Source: Lytechinus pictus | Lineage: Eukaryota | Assembly (NCBI RefSeq): GCF_037042905.1 | Contig: NC_087256.1 | Span: 25,854,001-25,918,000, forward strand | Reading direction: 5' to 3' | Length of the DNA: 64,000 nt | In this document: piece by piece, positions 49,101-61,100 of the stretch | Layout: every line of letters begins with the position of its first letter | Position numbering within the stretch: position 1 is the stretch's first letter | The notes under the pieces: generated by a model | What the model was told of the DNA's origin: nothing | Databases searched by the model: none | What the model saw: the letters and a program-made list of their open reading frames with translations, nothing else | Translations under genes and position numbers: made by a program

Positions 49101-52100
49101 GCAGCTGCAAGTGCATCTGCACAAGCAGGGCGCTGGAGCAGTGGGCTGCCGTCCATAATTGCATGAACACCATCGCCGTTGCGTCGCGGTCGCCATGCAT
49201 CATAGCTTCGCATAGGTTGCCTAGCCCGCGGCGTGCATTGCAATTGCAGCTACTCGCCGCTCTAGCAGCCGACACTAGTTTCAGAGCGCACATACGGATG
49301 CACGTAGCTTAAACGATCACAAAATTGGGATATCGTTTGATATCGCTGGTGATTATGTTTATGACAATTTTGCCACAAATAAGCTACTTTTATTCCAATA
49401 TTATGAACATTTTAAATACGTTTTTAATATTTTCACTTCACATCAGTGATTACTCAGTTATTTAGCTACAGAGTGATGATATTGAGAGAAGCTTTGAAGA
49501 TGTTTTTAATTTTTCATTATTTTACCTATCTTAAGTGTACATTCCTCAATCCATTTTGTAATCAGACAAAAAAGTTCCCCTTGTACCAGTATGTCAAAAA
49601 ATACCTCAAGTGAAGTTCGTGCAGGCTCCACTCCACTTCACTAAAACTGCTACACTACACTCCACCTACACGAACATCAAGCCGTGAATTCACTCTGATA
49701 CTCCGAGTGACAAAGGTGGGAAAAAATGCATATTTATTGTAAAAATCCTACATCGTAATGAGCTTAAAAAGAATAAGAAGCTTAATTTTTTACTTTTCAT
49801 CCTAATTTCACTCCATATCCATTCTCCGGTTAGCCTCAAAATGAGTGATTTAGAGCCAACATCGAGTTCCTCACACGTATAAATCGCTGCCGATTTCAAA
49901 ACATTGCATGCGCGAGGATCGGAGCTCCGGGGTTATGGATAGTCCGGGGTTAAGGATAGTATGGGGTTAAGGAAATGCAGTGTGAAAATCATACTAGTGG
50001 ACAAAAGATGTACATGTAGATCTACCAAACGGTTACATAACAGACTAGAAAGACCATGTCGTTGCCAAGTATGTTTCTTTTGCATATTTTTACTAGTCAT
50101 TAAACACACCGGTATGGCTTACGCACAGTTTTGAACAGCAAATCATCAAAGTAGACTTGTTGGGAAATCTCCGGGGTAGAGGTCCTAGTAGAGGCTCTTC
50201 ACTTTAGGTGAATTAGGTCTATACATGTAGTTGCAAAGTAAGTTCAATAAGTTCCACAAATGGTCGCACCATCTTCAACAGATATGTGATTTCGTAAAAT
50301 AGAATAAACACATTTAAGCAAATAACAGAACGATGTAAAAATGAAATATGGGCGGGCAGCCAAGCTCATAATTGCAAATTTGCAGTGGTACAGTACAGAC
50401 ATCAGAAGCCTTATGACCTTACAGCTAAGGGAAGAGTTTCTCTTGACAGCCACCAAAAGTGAAAAAAAATCATTAGGGTTTGTGTTAGGGTTACAGTTGG
50501 GAGAAGGGACTTAGGGTGGCTGTCGCAAAAGGAACTCTTTCCTAAGCCTATTTTTCTGGTAAAATTGGTAGTTTAATTCATGGAGAATAATAGACCCATA
50601 GGCACTGAAGAGGCAATTTCCATTACTGCCGCATGCACAATGGTATACATTTTTGCTCTGACCTCATACATGTACATGTAGTTATTTATTTTAAAGGTAA
50701 ATTCCCAGACAAAAATATATACACAGTTATAAAAATAGTTACACCATATGTGTATTTATATTTTTTCTTTTTTGGATATATTTATATACATATCACTTAT
50801 AGATACATATTTACACTTACCTTCTTCTCTTAGTTTGTTTAATGCTTTATCATATATACTTATATGTCTTTTGCACATTATCAGTTGTTCCCCATTCTTT
50901 TCCTTTTTTTCCCCCCACTCTTATGCACCAGTTTATTACGCCTTTCTTTGTAACCTGTTTGACCCACCTCTCACTAATTCTCTTGTTATTCATCCCATTA
51001 TCACTGTTTTGTTCCAGATCCTGTTTGATGTTGCCTGCCTCATTATCTTAATCCCTATTGGCTTGAGGTCTTTTACTGGCCTTACTTCCACTAACTTCCC
51101 TTTGTGTCTGCCTACTCCTTTTCTTTCATCCCCTTCACTAACCTGATTGGTCTTCTCTACTCACTAATGCCCCTTTTGTCTCCTTGTTTCTAGTGTTGCT
51201 GTAGCTTGTTTGTGGTCTATATTATGGTTGTTCCACTTTATATGTTTGTCATTTTGCCTCCGACGAAGATTCTGCTAGGATCGAAAGCTTAGGCCCCCTT
51301 TTGACTTTCTAAAAATATATACAGTGTACATGTACAAAATGTACGCTGTATTTCAAATACGTGTAGCACAAGAACTGAAATTAGGTGATTCTTCATCGAT
51401 ACTATTCATCTACATACATTGCATTTGCATATTGACACTTATTTGATCATTTCAGTATAGATTTACTGCTTTGTTCATCTTACATAAAAAGGAAGAATGG
51501 ACGTGCTCCTTTTTCAGTCATGCACCACAATAACATGTAATATCTTTCATTTATTTTTTAATGCAGTACCAATGTGGTAATGAACTACAGTGAGGTGGAG
51601 TCCAAGGTCCGTGAAGCGACGAATGAAGAAGCATGGGGACCGCATGGTTCTCTTATGTCAGAGATTGCCAGAGAGACATTCACATACGAGCATTTTCCAG
51701 AAGTTGTCGGGATGCTGTGGAAGAGAATGCTCTATGACAACAAGAAAAGTTGGAGGAGAGTTTACAAGGTAAGCTAGTTTTAGCATGACTGGAACGGTAC
51801 AATTCATATCACAGTAACAGCATTAAAATATTACTAAATGAAAAAGGGAAGTGCAGGGACTCAGTTTTATAATTATGAGGGGAGCAATAAAAAGCTCTCC
51901 TAGAACTTTTAAGGAGAGCGGTAGAGGAGCACTGCAAAAAGCTCTTCTTCAACATACAAGGGGAGCTTTTTGTCCAATTAACAAAACAGATGGTGGAAAT
52001 ATATGTACTAAGTTACAATCAACAACCAAAGGAAGGAAACAATCGAATATGCAATATTTATAATTGTTTTACAATGTATTGTAATTAGATTGTAAAACCT

Positions 52101-55100
52101 GTTTGAGTGGGGTTTTGACTTTGGCTAGAAGTAAGGTCACTGACAATTTTTTTTTGGGGGGGCTCCATTTTAATTTTTTGGTCAAATTTTGGGGGCTCTT
52201 TTTAAATGCTACTTTTTTGTACTTTCAGGAATACCTGTTCACTTATCAATGAATTATTACTTTTTGTTAAATATTATATGATTTTTAAAGTTATTTTTTC
52301 ATGCTTAGAATCTTGGATGTGGGTGTGTGTGGGTGTGTGGCACTGTGCGTGTGTGTGTGACTGTGAGTTGGACTTGGATATAAATGAATTTAATATCTAA
52401 TTTCTACTCTGTCTATTCCAGTACAATACCCCGTACTCAGCCATGTACATGTAATAAAGGCCCACATACCCTAACTTTTCCTGAAGTTCTTTGAAAACGC
52501 AGATCTCCACGAAAATTGCATTTCTCTATGGGGGAGTCTAAATTCGGTGAGAATGTATTCATTAAGAACTTAAATATACATGACAATGAAGAAATCATCA
52601 AACTTTATTGGCAGTTTTGAATAATATACCTGAAATGTAAACTCTGTCTGAAACAGAAAATCACCATCATTGAGGCCTTTACTGAGCGAATTGTCCCCCA
52701 GAGCTCTGGCAGAGAGACAGAGCTCCGACTGGCTACATGCGCCAATGCGTTCGTGCGTGAGCCTGCCGCCGGCCTTGTAAAATAGATGGAGCTTTGTTTG
52801 ATGATTTATTTTCTGATATTTACCTCATCCCCTAGAAAAAGAATGATTTTTTAGTTATAATTAATAAATAAGGTACCGGTAACTTATTTTGGATGTTAAT
52901 AGGCCGTTTTGAAAAGCAAAGCCGAATGACAACTCACCAATGCTAGGTTACTAGACTCTGAATTGTGATATCTGTAGGGGAAACATGTGCATTAGAAATA
53001 GAAATTGCACATGGTGCGTGGTAGTCTATCAATGCAACTGTTTCCCGACCGTTGCGTTGATTTTTTTTCCATACCTGGTACCATGTGTATGGAAATACGT
53101 GGTACAGAAAAAAAGACGCAAATTCGGAATTTGAAACTGCGCTCCTCGCTATTTTCAAGGCTTATTCAAGAGTTTGAGTGTGGATATTGGATGATTCTTA
53201 AACGGTAAGCGGAGCTCGAACATATGGCGTTAGTGCGAATAGTGGGCCGTTGAGTTGTTATCACTCGGCAATGATTTTGGGTGATTTCGAGGGCCACTTT
53301 AGGCATTTCCGCGCAGCTCAGCGATCGCGAGGCGCGCTATTAATCGCGCTACCTAAAATGGATTAAGGCGCGCATGTAGCGCGCGATCGCTCTCGCGCGC
53401 CTTAAAATTGAGTCCCTGGAAGTGATCCATGCAGCTTTCAATCACAAAATGTATCTGCTTATTCAAGATTTAGCTTGAATATCAGACTTATGATTCACAT
53501 ATATACATGTAGGTGTAGGTGGTTAGAAATCAATTTTAGGGATGGACTTTATTTATACATATTAGAAAATTTGATTGAAGTTGTGGCTATATTAATGAAA
53601 CTTATCTCTGATACTGTAGGAAAAAAAACATAAAAGTTACCATTATGGTAACTTTGCCATCCAATGGTAACTACCATGGTAACGGTGCTTAACAGCCAAT
53701 CAAAATCAAGGATTCCATGTAAGTTACCATTGGATGGAAGAGTTAGCATAATGGTAACTTTTATGCAACGGGGCCCAGGGAGCCAGTGGTGATTTCACCC
53801 CTGAAATGCTCCAGAGCGTGAGAAAATTCCCATTCACTGCAGTGTTAAAGCTGTAGCAGATTTTCGGCAGTAGGTTGTGAAAAGAACCCCCCCCCCCCCC
53901 CGAAGATATTTATCTGAATTATTCTTTGTTTTTTCTTTGCAGTCATTACTACTTCTTCAGTATCTTATATTGAATGGATCAGAACGAGTAGTGACCAGTG
54001 CGAGGGAACATCTGTACGATCTCAAGGGACTAGAATCCTACTCATTCGCAGATGAATTCAACAGGGACCAAGGATTAAATGGTGAGAAAATAAAAATTGT
54101 ATAGAACTTTCTTGTTAGGCCTGGGATGAATAACCTTTTTGCCATTTGATTGTCTGAATAGTTCGAACAATTCAGTGGATTCACAATATGGTGCACCACC
54201 TATCGGTTGCAGCGGACAGGCCGAAATCCGCAATGCCTCCTGGGAAAAAGTGCATTATGCTGTGCTGACTGACGCGGCTCGAACGATCGGTTTGTACAAA
54301 ATTATACTGTTGTTACCCAGGTCTAGGAGGTGGGAGAGAAATTTGCTTCAGATTTTTTTTTGGTAATATAGTTTTCTGTGAATTCTTCCTCCGCTCTTTC
54401 ATATGGTTTTCATTTTTGAAGCATCTTTACACCAGCAATATGCGCTGACTGCGCCTGGCCTGCAAATGATGTCGACCCAAAAGTTAGAATGCCAACCGAT
54501 AGATGGCACACCGTATTGTGAATCCACGGAATTTAGATTCTTAGAATTTCAGAAATGACAAGAAAATTGACCTATCTACATACCCTACGGGTGGTCATTC
54601 ATAATGAGTAAGATGACTCAGTCTAGTGTTCCAGTACACGGCCTTTGACATTCATGTCAACACAGCTGAATGATACACGGTCTCCGGTACGGCCATTATT
54701 GTGTCTTGAAAGGGTTACAATGTTTGGAATTCATAAAATTTCAACATGAATTTGATTTGATATCTTGCTCTTTGTCGTAAAAATACCAAAGATTACAGCC
54801 ATGTACTTTGGTGTCAGTAATCAACATCTGGCAAACATCTGATTAGTGTAAAAAAATTGTACTGTCTTTGTTTGCCAATTGTTGGTAAAATGATAGAATG
54901 CACTTGATTGTTCGAGTTTTACTCCCAGGCCGAGTTCTTGTACACATGAAGTGTATTTCATATACCTACTGTAGTATATCTACATGTAAAATGATTTCTT
55001 GACACTTGTCACTACAGTGGCTTGCGCTGGTCAGGTCACTCTATATTTCAAACACTAGAAACTTGTGGGGGTGAACACTGTTTATTTCCTTCAATTCCTT

Positions 55101-58100
55101 GATAAGTATGAACAAGGACATGGTTTCCATTCTAAAAGAATACAGTATTTACCACTGTTTGATATTTCAATGAGTACATGTAGAAGGTAATCCTGTCGAC
55201 AATGGAAAAAAATATTCCTTAGATGCTCTGTGAAAAGCATACACTGCATGAAATTACTTCCTAACCACTGCTAATTCTGAATATTTATGTTATTAGATTT
55301 CCATGCATTAGCTTTCATTGAATCTAAAGTGAGTAATTATGGTTGAATATTAATTCCGGTACCGTAATTCACTTCAATGTTAATACGATGTAATAATGCC
55401 ATAATTTTTAAGGGTGATTAATCATAAAGTGCAAATTTTATCGTAATTTTCTGTTTCACAAGTTTTGACATTGCTCTATCTTTCTTCTAATTCCTTCCAT
55501 GGTACTTACAGTGAGACAAAAAGTAAAGGATATAATCCAGCTCATTCAGGATGACGAGATCCTCCGAACTAAGAGAAAAGCAGCGAGGAAGTCCAAGGAC
55601 AAATATACTGGGATTGAGGGTTCATATTCAAGCCCATCATCAGATTACAGTAAGTTTGATTAAACCTGGTGGTGAACTGTATTAATTGGGACATTTGTTC
55701 TGTATGAATTTAATTTAAAGGGGAATCCAACCCAAATGAAAACTTGTTTTTATAAGGAAAAGAAAAATCAGACAAGTTGATAGGTGAAAGTTTGCACAAT
55801 ATTGGACAAACAATAAGAAAGTTATGAATTTTTAAAAGTTGTAAATATTGGTAATCACTATACCCATGGAGATTTCAAATTGGCCGCATATGGGATGTCA
55901 TAGTGATGTAAGGCAAGGACTACTCTTCCATGTACTCCAATACATATTATGGCTAAAATGTCATTTTTCCCAAAAGTTTTATTTCAAATTATATTTTTCT
56001 TTCATGAGGACATAAAACAATATACTACCAGGGTTATATTTAGATTACTGCCCCAGGGGAATGGATACTTAGAAGAAAACCACAAATCCCTGATAATAAA
56101 GTACATGGCCTATGGGAAAGTTGTCCTTGCCCCTTGTCATAATTTACTTACCCAGTTGCCAATTTGAAATCTACATAGTATTAGTGATCTCAATTTTAAA
56201 GCAGCTATAACTTTCTTATTGCTTGTCGGATTTCTTTCAAACTTTCACCATTCTGTTTACTTTATTTTTCTCCTTCCCATCACAACATTTTATGGCCAAG
56301 GCTGGATTCCCCTTTAATGGAATTTATTAGATTTTGATTGAAGTGTCAAAACATGAAATATCATTGTTCAAAAATTGAAACACATTTCATTCATGTATAT
56401 ATGTAGGGACGGCTAGCTGACATATTCAAGTTCGTTTGTGTTTCTTAAAACAAAAAAATTTGTTGATGCGAGTAAGGGACAAACTTTGACTACAGAGGCC
56501 TCCTGGATCTAAAGTAGCCTGTGTTTCCGAAGTAAAGGTTAGGCTACATATGAAAGTCGTGGATAGATCATAGCTTATTAATTTTTTTACTGCTTCGATG
56601 TTTGTTGTTATAGAAAAAAGTCATACATAATCATGCTGTTTAAGCTTCTTTGAACTGCTTAAATGTTTGCTGTCATAGATTTAAAAAAATGCATGCTTCT
56701 TGAGCTTCTGTTTAACATTCCCGGTACTTCTTGCTTGCGTCTCGTAGGTGATCGATACGACCGCCAGCCCAAGTCTAACTGGCTGAGGAATAAAGAAAAC
56801 GACAAAGAATTGGACGATGAATGGAACAAGAAGTCGGACAGAGGGAGACAGATGGGGAGACGAGGAGAAGAATCGGATGAATCCCCGGCAGAATATGTGT
56901 AAGTAGCATGAATGGGGGGGGGGGGGGGGGCTTGTCTGCGTACCTATTTAACATTCATGACATGTTTCATTTCACAAAATTTTCAGTTGATAATGTTCCC
57001 TTTGTTCTTACGAATACAGTGTGCAAAAAAATCTCATAAAAATTGGAAGAAGTATATGATTTTCATGGAAAAAACTTCAGCCTGTCATTTTCAGATTGAA
57101 CAAAAAAATGGTGCCCCAAGTCTGTGCACCCATTCATTTTACACGCGATTTGGGGATTATGATGAGAAATGCTGTATTTTGAGGCCGTCGCATGAAATGC
57201 TTAAAATCCAATATTTTTCCACCATTTTGAGTGGGATTTTTAATGAATATCTATGTATTGCAGGTGTAAAGTTTGTGGTCGTTGCGTATTTAGTTTGTCT
57301 AGAATCGCGCAAATACGCATGTGCGCCGACAAGGGGGACTGTGTAGACTTGGGGGACCTTACCATACCAGCAGCGAAGAAATAAATGGGGGTGGGGGAAG
57401 CACCCAAAAGAGACCGTGAAATAAAACTGTCAATTTGGGGGCTACCATGAGGTAAGAAGTCGGTCCCCTTGCCTGTAAATGTTCTGCATGCATGATAGTG
57501 TGAGAATAGTCTAGATTTGGATGTATGTGATAATTTTTTTCACTGATTGCATGATCTATCCAGCTCTATTCTCAGTTTCATAAAACTTGTCATGATAATA
57601 ATTTGCGAAAATATTAGTTAACTTTAATAAAAGGTACTGAAATCCTTCAATTTGTTGGGCTGATGATTAGTTTGTTTCATAAAACGTACACAAATATGGT
57701 TATTAGATCAATGTAATTTCAGGTAACTTGTTTTTTTTTCAATCATTTTTTAAAAACCAGGGTGAGATATACACAAGTTTCAATGTTTTTTTTTTTTCAT
57801 CTGCTAGAGCAGTGCACATTTTAGCTTGCATGCAGCTTGAGCGCCGTGATAGGCGAGTGCGCCAAGCATTTTATTATGAAATACACTTTTTTTTGGGAAA
57901 AACACAAAATATTTATCTCACACGGTAAAAATACTGATTTTTTTGGTCAAAATACTGATTTGGGGGGATAAGAATACTGAAAATGCAAAATACAACTTGG
58001 CAGCTCTGCATACAGTGTACATGTAGCACTAATGACTCTTGGTACATTTGTGTGAATAACTGAACCAAGGTTGAATAAGAACTTTGTCTTGCATTGATAA

Positions 58101-61100
58101 TGATTAGAATGGTTTTGATCAATTCCATAAAATATGTACGTTCGACCCCCTATATGTGGGAGCTTCATGAAATTTTCTGTCTCTGATTTCTTGTTCTTTT
58201 GACAGTCACAAAGGACCATGACTCAGTCAGTTTATATAGTGAAGTAAAACTTGAGAAAAATGGGGGTCGGATGTACAAACAGGTTGATCATTTTATGGAA
58301 TTGCCCTATTGTGTGAATTACAATCATTTGAAGACTATTGTTAGGAAAAATATAGCTTATTATACTGGTGTTTCTTTCTCTTTAGTTTCCTTATTTTGCT
58401 GACTTCTTTGTAAAAAACATTTGCATTCTTGATCTGATGGAAGGAAAAATAAATACAAACCCCAATTAGAAGGTCTGTTTTGTAAAGTATGGACATAAAT
58501 ATATTTAACTCACAATGAAAATGCAGACTACATATTACTGCACATGATAATAAAATAATAATCATTTCATATTGTGCCATCTATCTAAAAATATCTATTT
58601 CAAGGCGCACTATTATTATTTTTATAACTTTTATGGAAGATGAAAGTTTTTTTTACAATGTCATTTAGTTGCAGTTCTTGTATCAAATGCACATTAATAA
58701 GTGCTAAAATCATTGAGATAAAATTAAAAAGCTTTCTTTTTAGGATGGCTAATGAGTAAAGACATGTTTGAAGGAGGCCTTGGGCCCGTCTTACGAAGAG
58801 TTACGATTGATCCCAGTCAACTATGGAAAACCACAACGTCAACATGTAAAATACATGTTTGTTCAAATTATTTTCTAGAAATGACGTATATTCATACATT
58901 CACTATTTTCTTGACAATTCAGTATGTTTCTCTTTGTTTTCAAAGGACCTTGAGCAAACTTCCTGAAGAAAAAATTATGACATTGATGGATTTCCATATA
59001 CATGTACTTGAGATTGATCGAATCAATCACAATTATTTGTAAGACTGGGCCCTGAAGAATACACAGTGTATACATAAGCCCTTATTATAAAGCATATTCT
59101 AACCTTATGAATCAATTAATAGAATCCCCTGGACAGTAGCCCTAAAAATGGATTACAGAAGTGGAAATCGGAGGGGGGGGGGGGGTAGAAAAAAAAACCA
59201 ATAAGAAAATGAAAATGAATTTCACTGAGTACCAGCATACCTTTCATGGTCGAGCCCCATATTATATCATGGGTTACTGGTAGAAAAAAAACACTGGTAT
59301 CTTAAAATTCTGAGCCTCATTCAGCAGCAGCATTCGGCAAGAATCAAGCATCTTTTCACTTCCAATCCAATGTTTTCATCAAAACATAGGGATTGGGAAA
59401 GCTACTGTAGAATCTGCCATATGTGTCAAAGTTGGCCCTCGAATTATTTTTCAAGGTTAAAAAAACACAAAATTTACTCGGTCCCTGGAAATCTCTTATG
59501 TTAAAAAAATAATAATAATAAATTTAAAAGCAAAACTTGCTCAATTATACATAAAAAACAACATTGTTATCCAATACCAAGTGCAGAGGTATTTTGATGA
59601 TATGATTCAGTTGTGCAAAATTATGTGGTTAGAATTCAGATTGGATATACAAAGGTTGACTGTGTCAGCATTCAGTACATAGAGAACCAGACTAAATAAA
59701 TGCTGGTAATGCTGACGAGTATAGCTGGCATTTGCCATCTGGAGCCCAGCTGTAAACCTGTTAAGCACACCAGTCTGGTTTATTTTCTCACATTTTTTTT
59801 CATTCCGTGCATGCAATATCCAAGTCCTTTGGAAGCGCATAGAGACATTATTCATAATGTGGTATGCGCTATACAAGAATTGCATATTATTATTATTATT
59901 ATGCTTATGGAAATACATGTACTATTTGAAGTGAAAGCTTAGCTGTTGTTCAAAGATGAAAATGTTATGTGCAAATTATCTGAGAATAAGTACATGTAAT
60001 TGATTTTTTTTTTAAATTGTAAACGATTCTATTTCAATTTTCAATACCCTGCCATTAAAAAAAAAGTATGTGTGCATGTGACTCCTAGCAGGGTCGAGCT
60101 GATTTTGTGTATTTTGATTTTAAAAAAAGAATTAAATTGGTCTTACATAGAGACCTAAATGCATTATCAGAAGCATTTCCCAAAATCCCGCAAATATGTT
60201 TCATAATTCAAATTCACAACCAGAATTTATTTTAAGAGATCAGATGATTTTTTTTATCAGATACCCTTTTTACACACGCTAAAATGTCCTTAACCCCGTA
60301 CTATAGGTGGGGCTAAATTGCCATTTAGCCCCACCTATAGTACGGGGTTAAGCTTAGCCCACTTTCTTTTTACACAGCATTTTTGCAAAGTGGGCTAACC
60401 CCACCTTTAGTACGGGATTATTTGGCCCTGCAAAAAAGCAGGGTTATCCCAGCAATTGCGGTGCTAAGAGCGATAGTACGGGGTTAAGATCGCTAGTGTA
60501 AAACGAAAGTGGGCTAAGCTTAACCCCGTACTATAGGTGGGGCTAAATGGCAATTTGGCCCCACCTATAGTACGGGGTTAAGGAAATTGTAGCGTGTGTA
60601 AAATGGTACGAGTGAAGTACTACGAATGATCGACAAAAACCACTAGTCCGGGGTTAGCGCGTTTCGTGTGTGAAAAGCAAGCATTCCTTATCCGGGGTTA
60701 GCAATAACAATTTGGCATGTGTAAAAAGGAAAAAAAATAGTACGGGGTTAAGGATAGTACGGGGTTAGCGATAGTCCGGGGTTAAGAAAATCCTGTGTAA
60801 AAAGGGTAATATAGTTCCAATGGAAAATTATTCTGTGTAATTTTGTCTGTCATTTGTACCATAAATGGAAATGATATGTTAGCTTATTACATGTACATGC
60901 TAATGAGAGTGCAAATACCAGTAATTATTCAAATTAAAAATTTGAAATGAATGGTCAGTAGTCAGCTCTACACTTATATCGTACCTGCATTTTTTTATTT
61001 TTTTTAAGATGTTTGTTTTGTTAATAACAGGATGAATACTATATCAAGGAAATTTGTACATGTCCTACTTATTCTTTTGCTTTTGAATATTTGTAATTAG

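Noticed and set aside
48971-49312. Three overlapping ORFs in a GC-rich patch
   Set aside because: No recognisable protein or exon structure; more likely the interior of an unclassified repeat.
50748-51146. 132-aa hydrophobic ORF
   Set aside because: Product of pyrimidine-rich retroelement 3' sequence; no RT or endonuclease motifs.
58744-59042. Possible extra CLINT1 exon after TTTTTAG
   Set aside because: The frame required after exon 5 hits a stop within a few codons, and the downstream ORF is a MITE.
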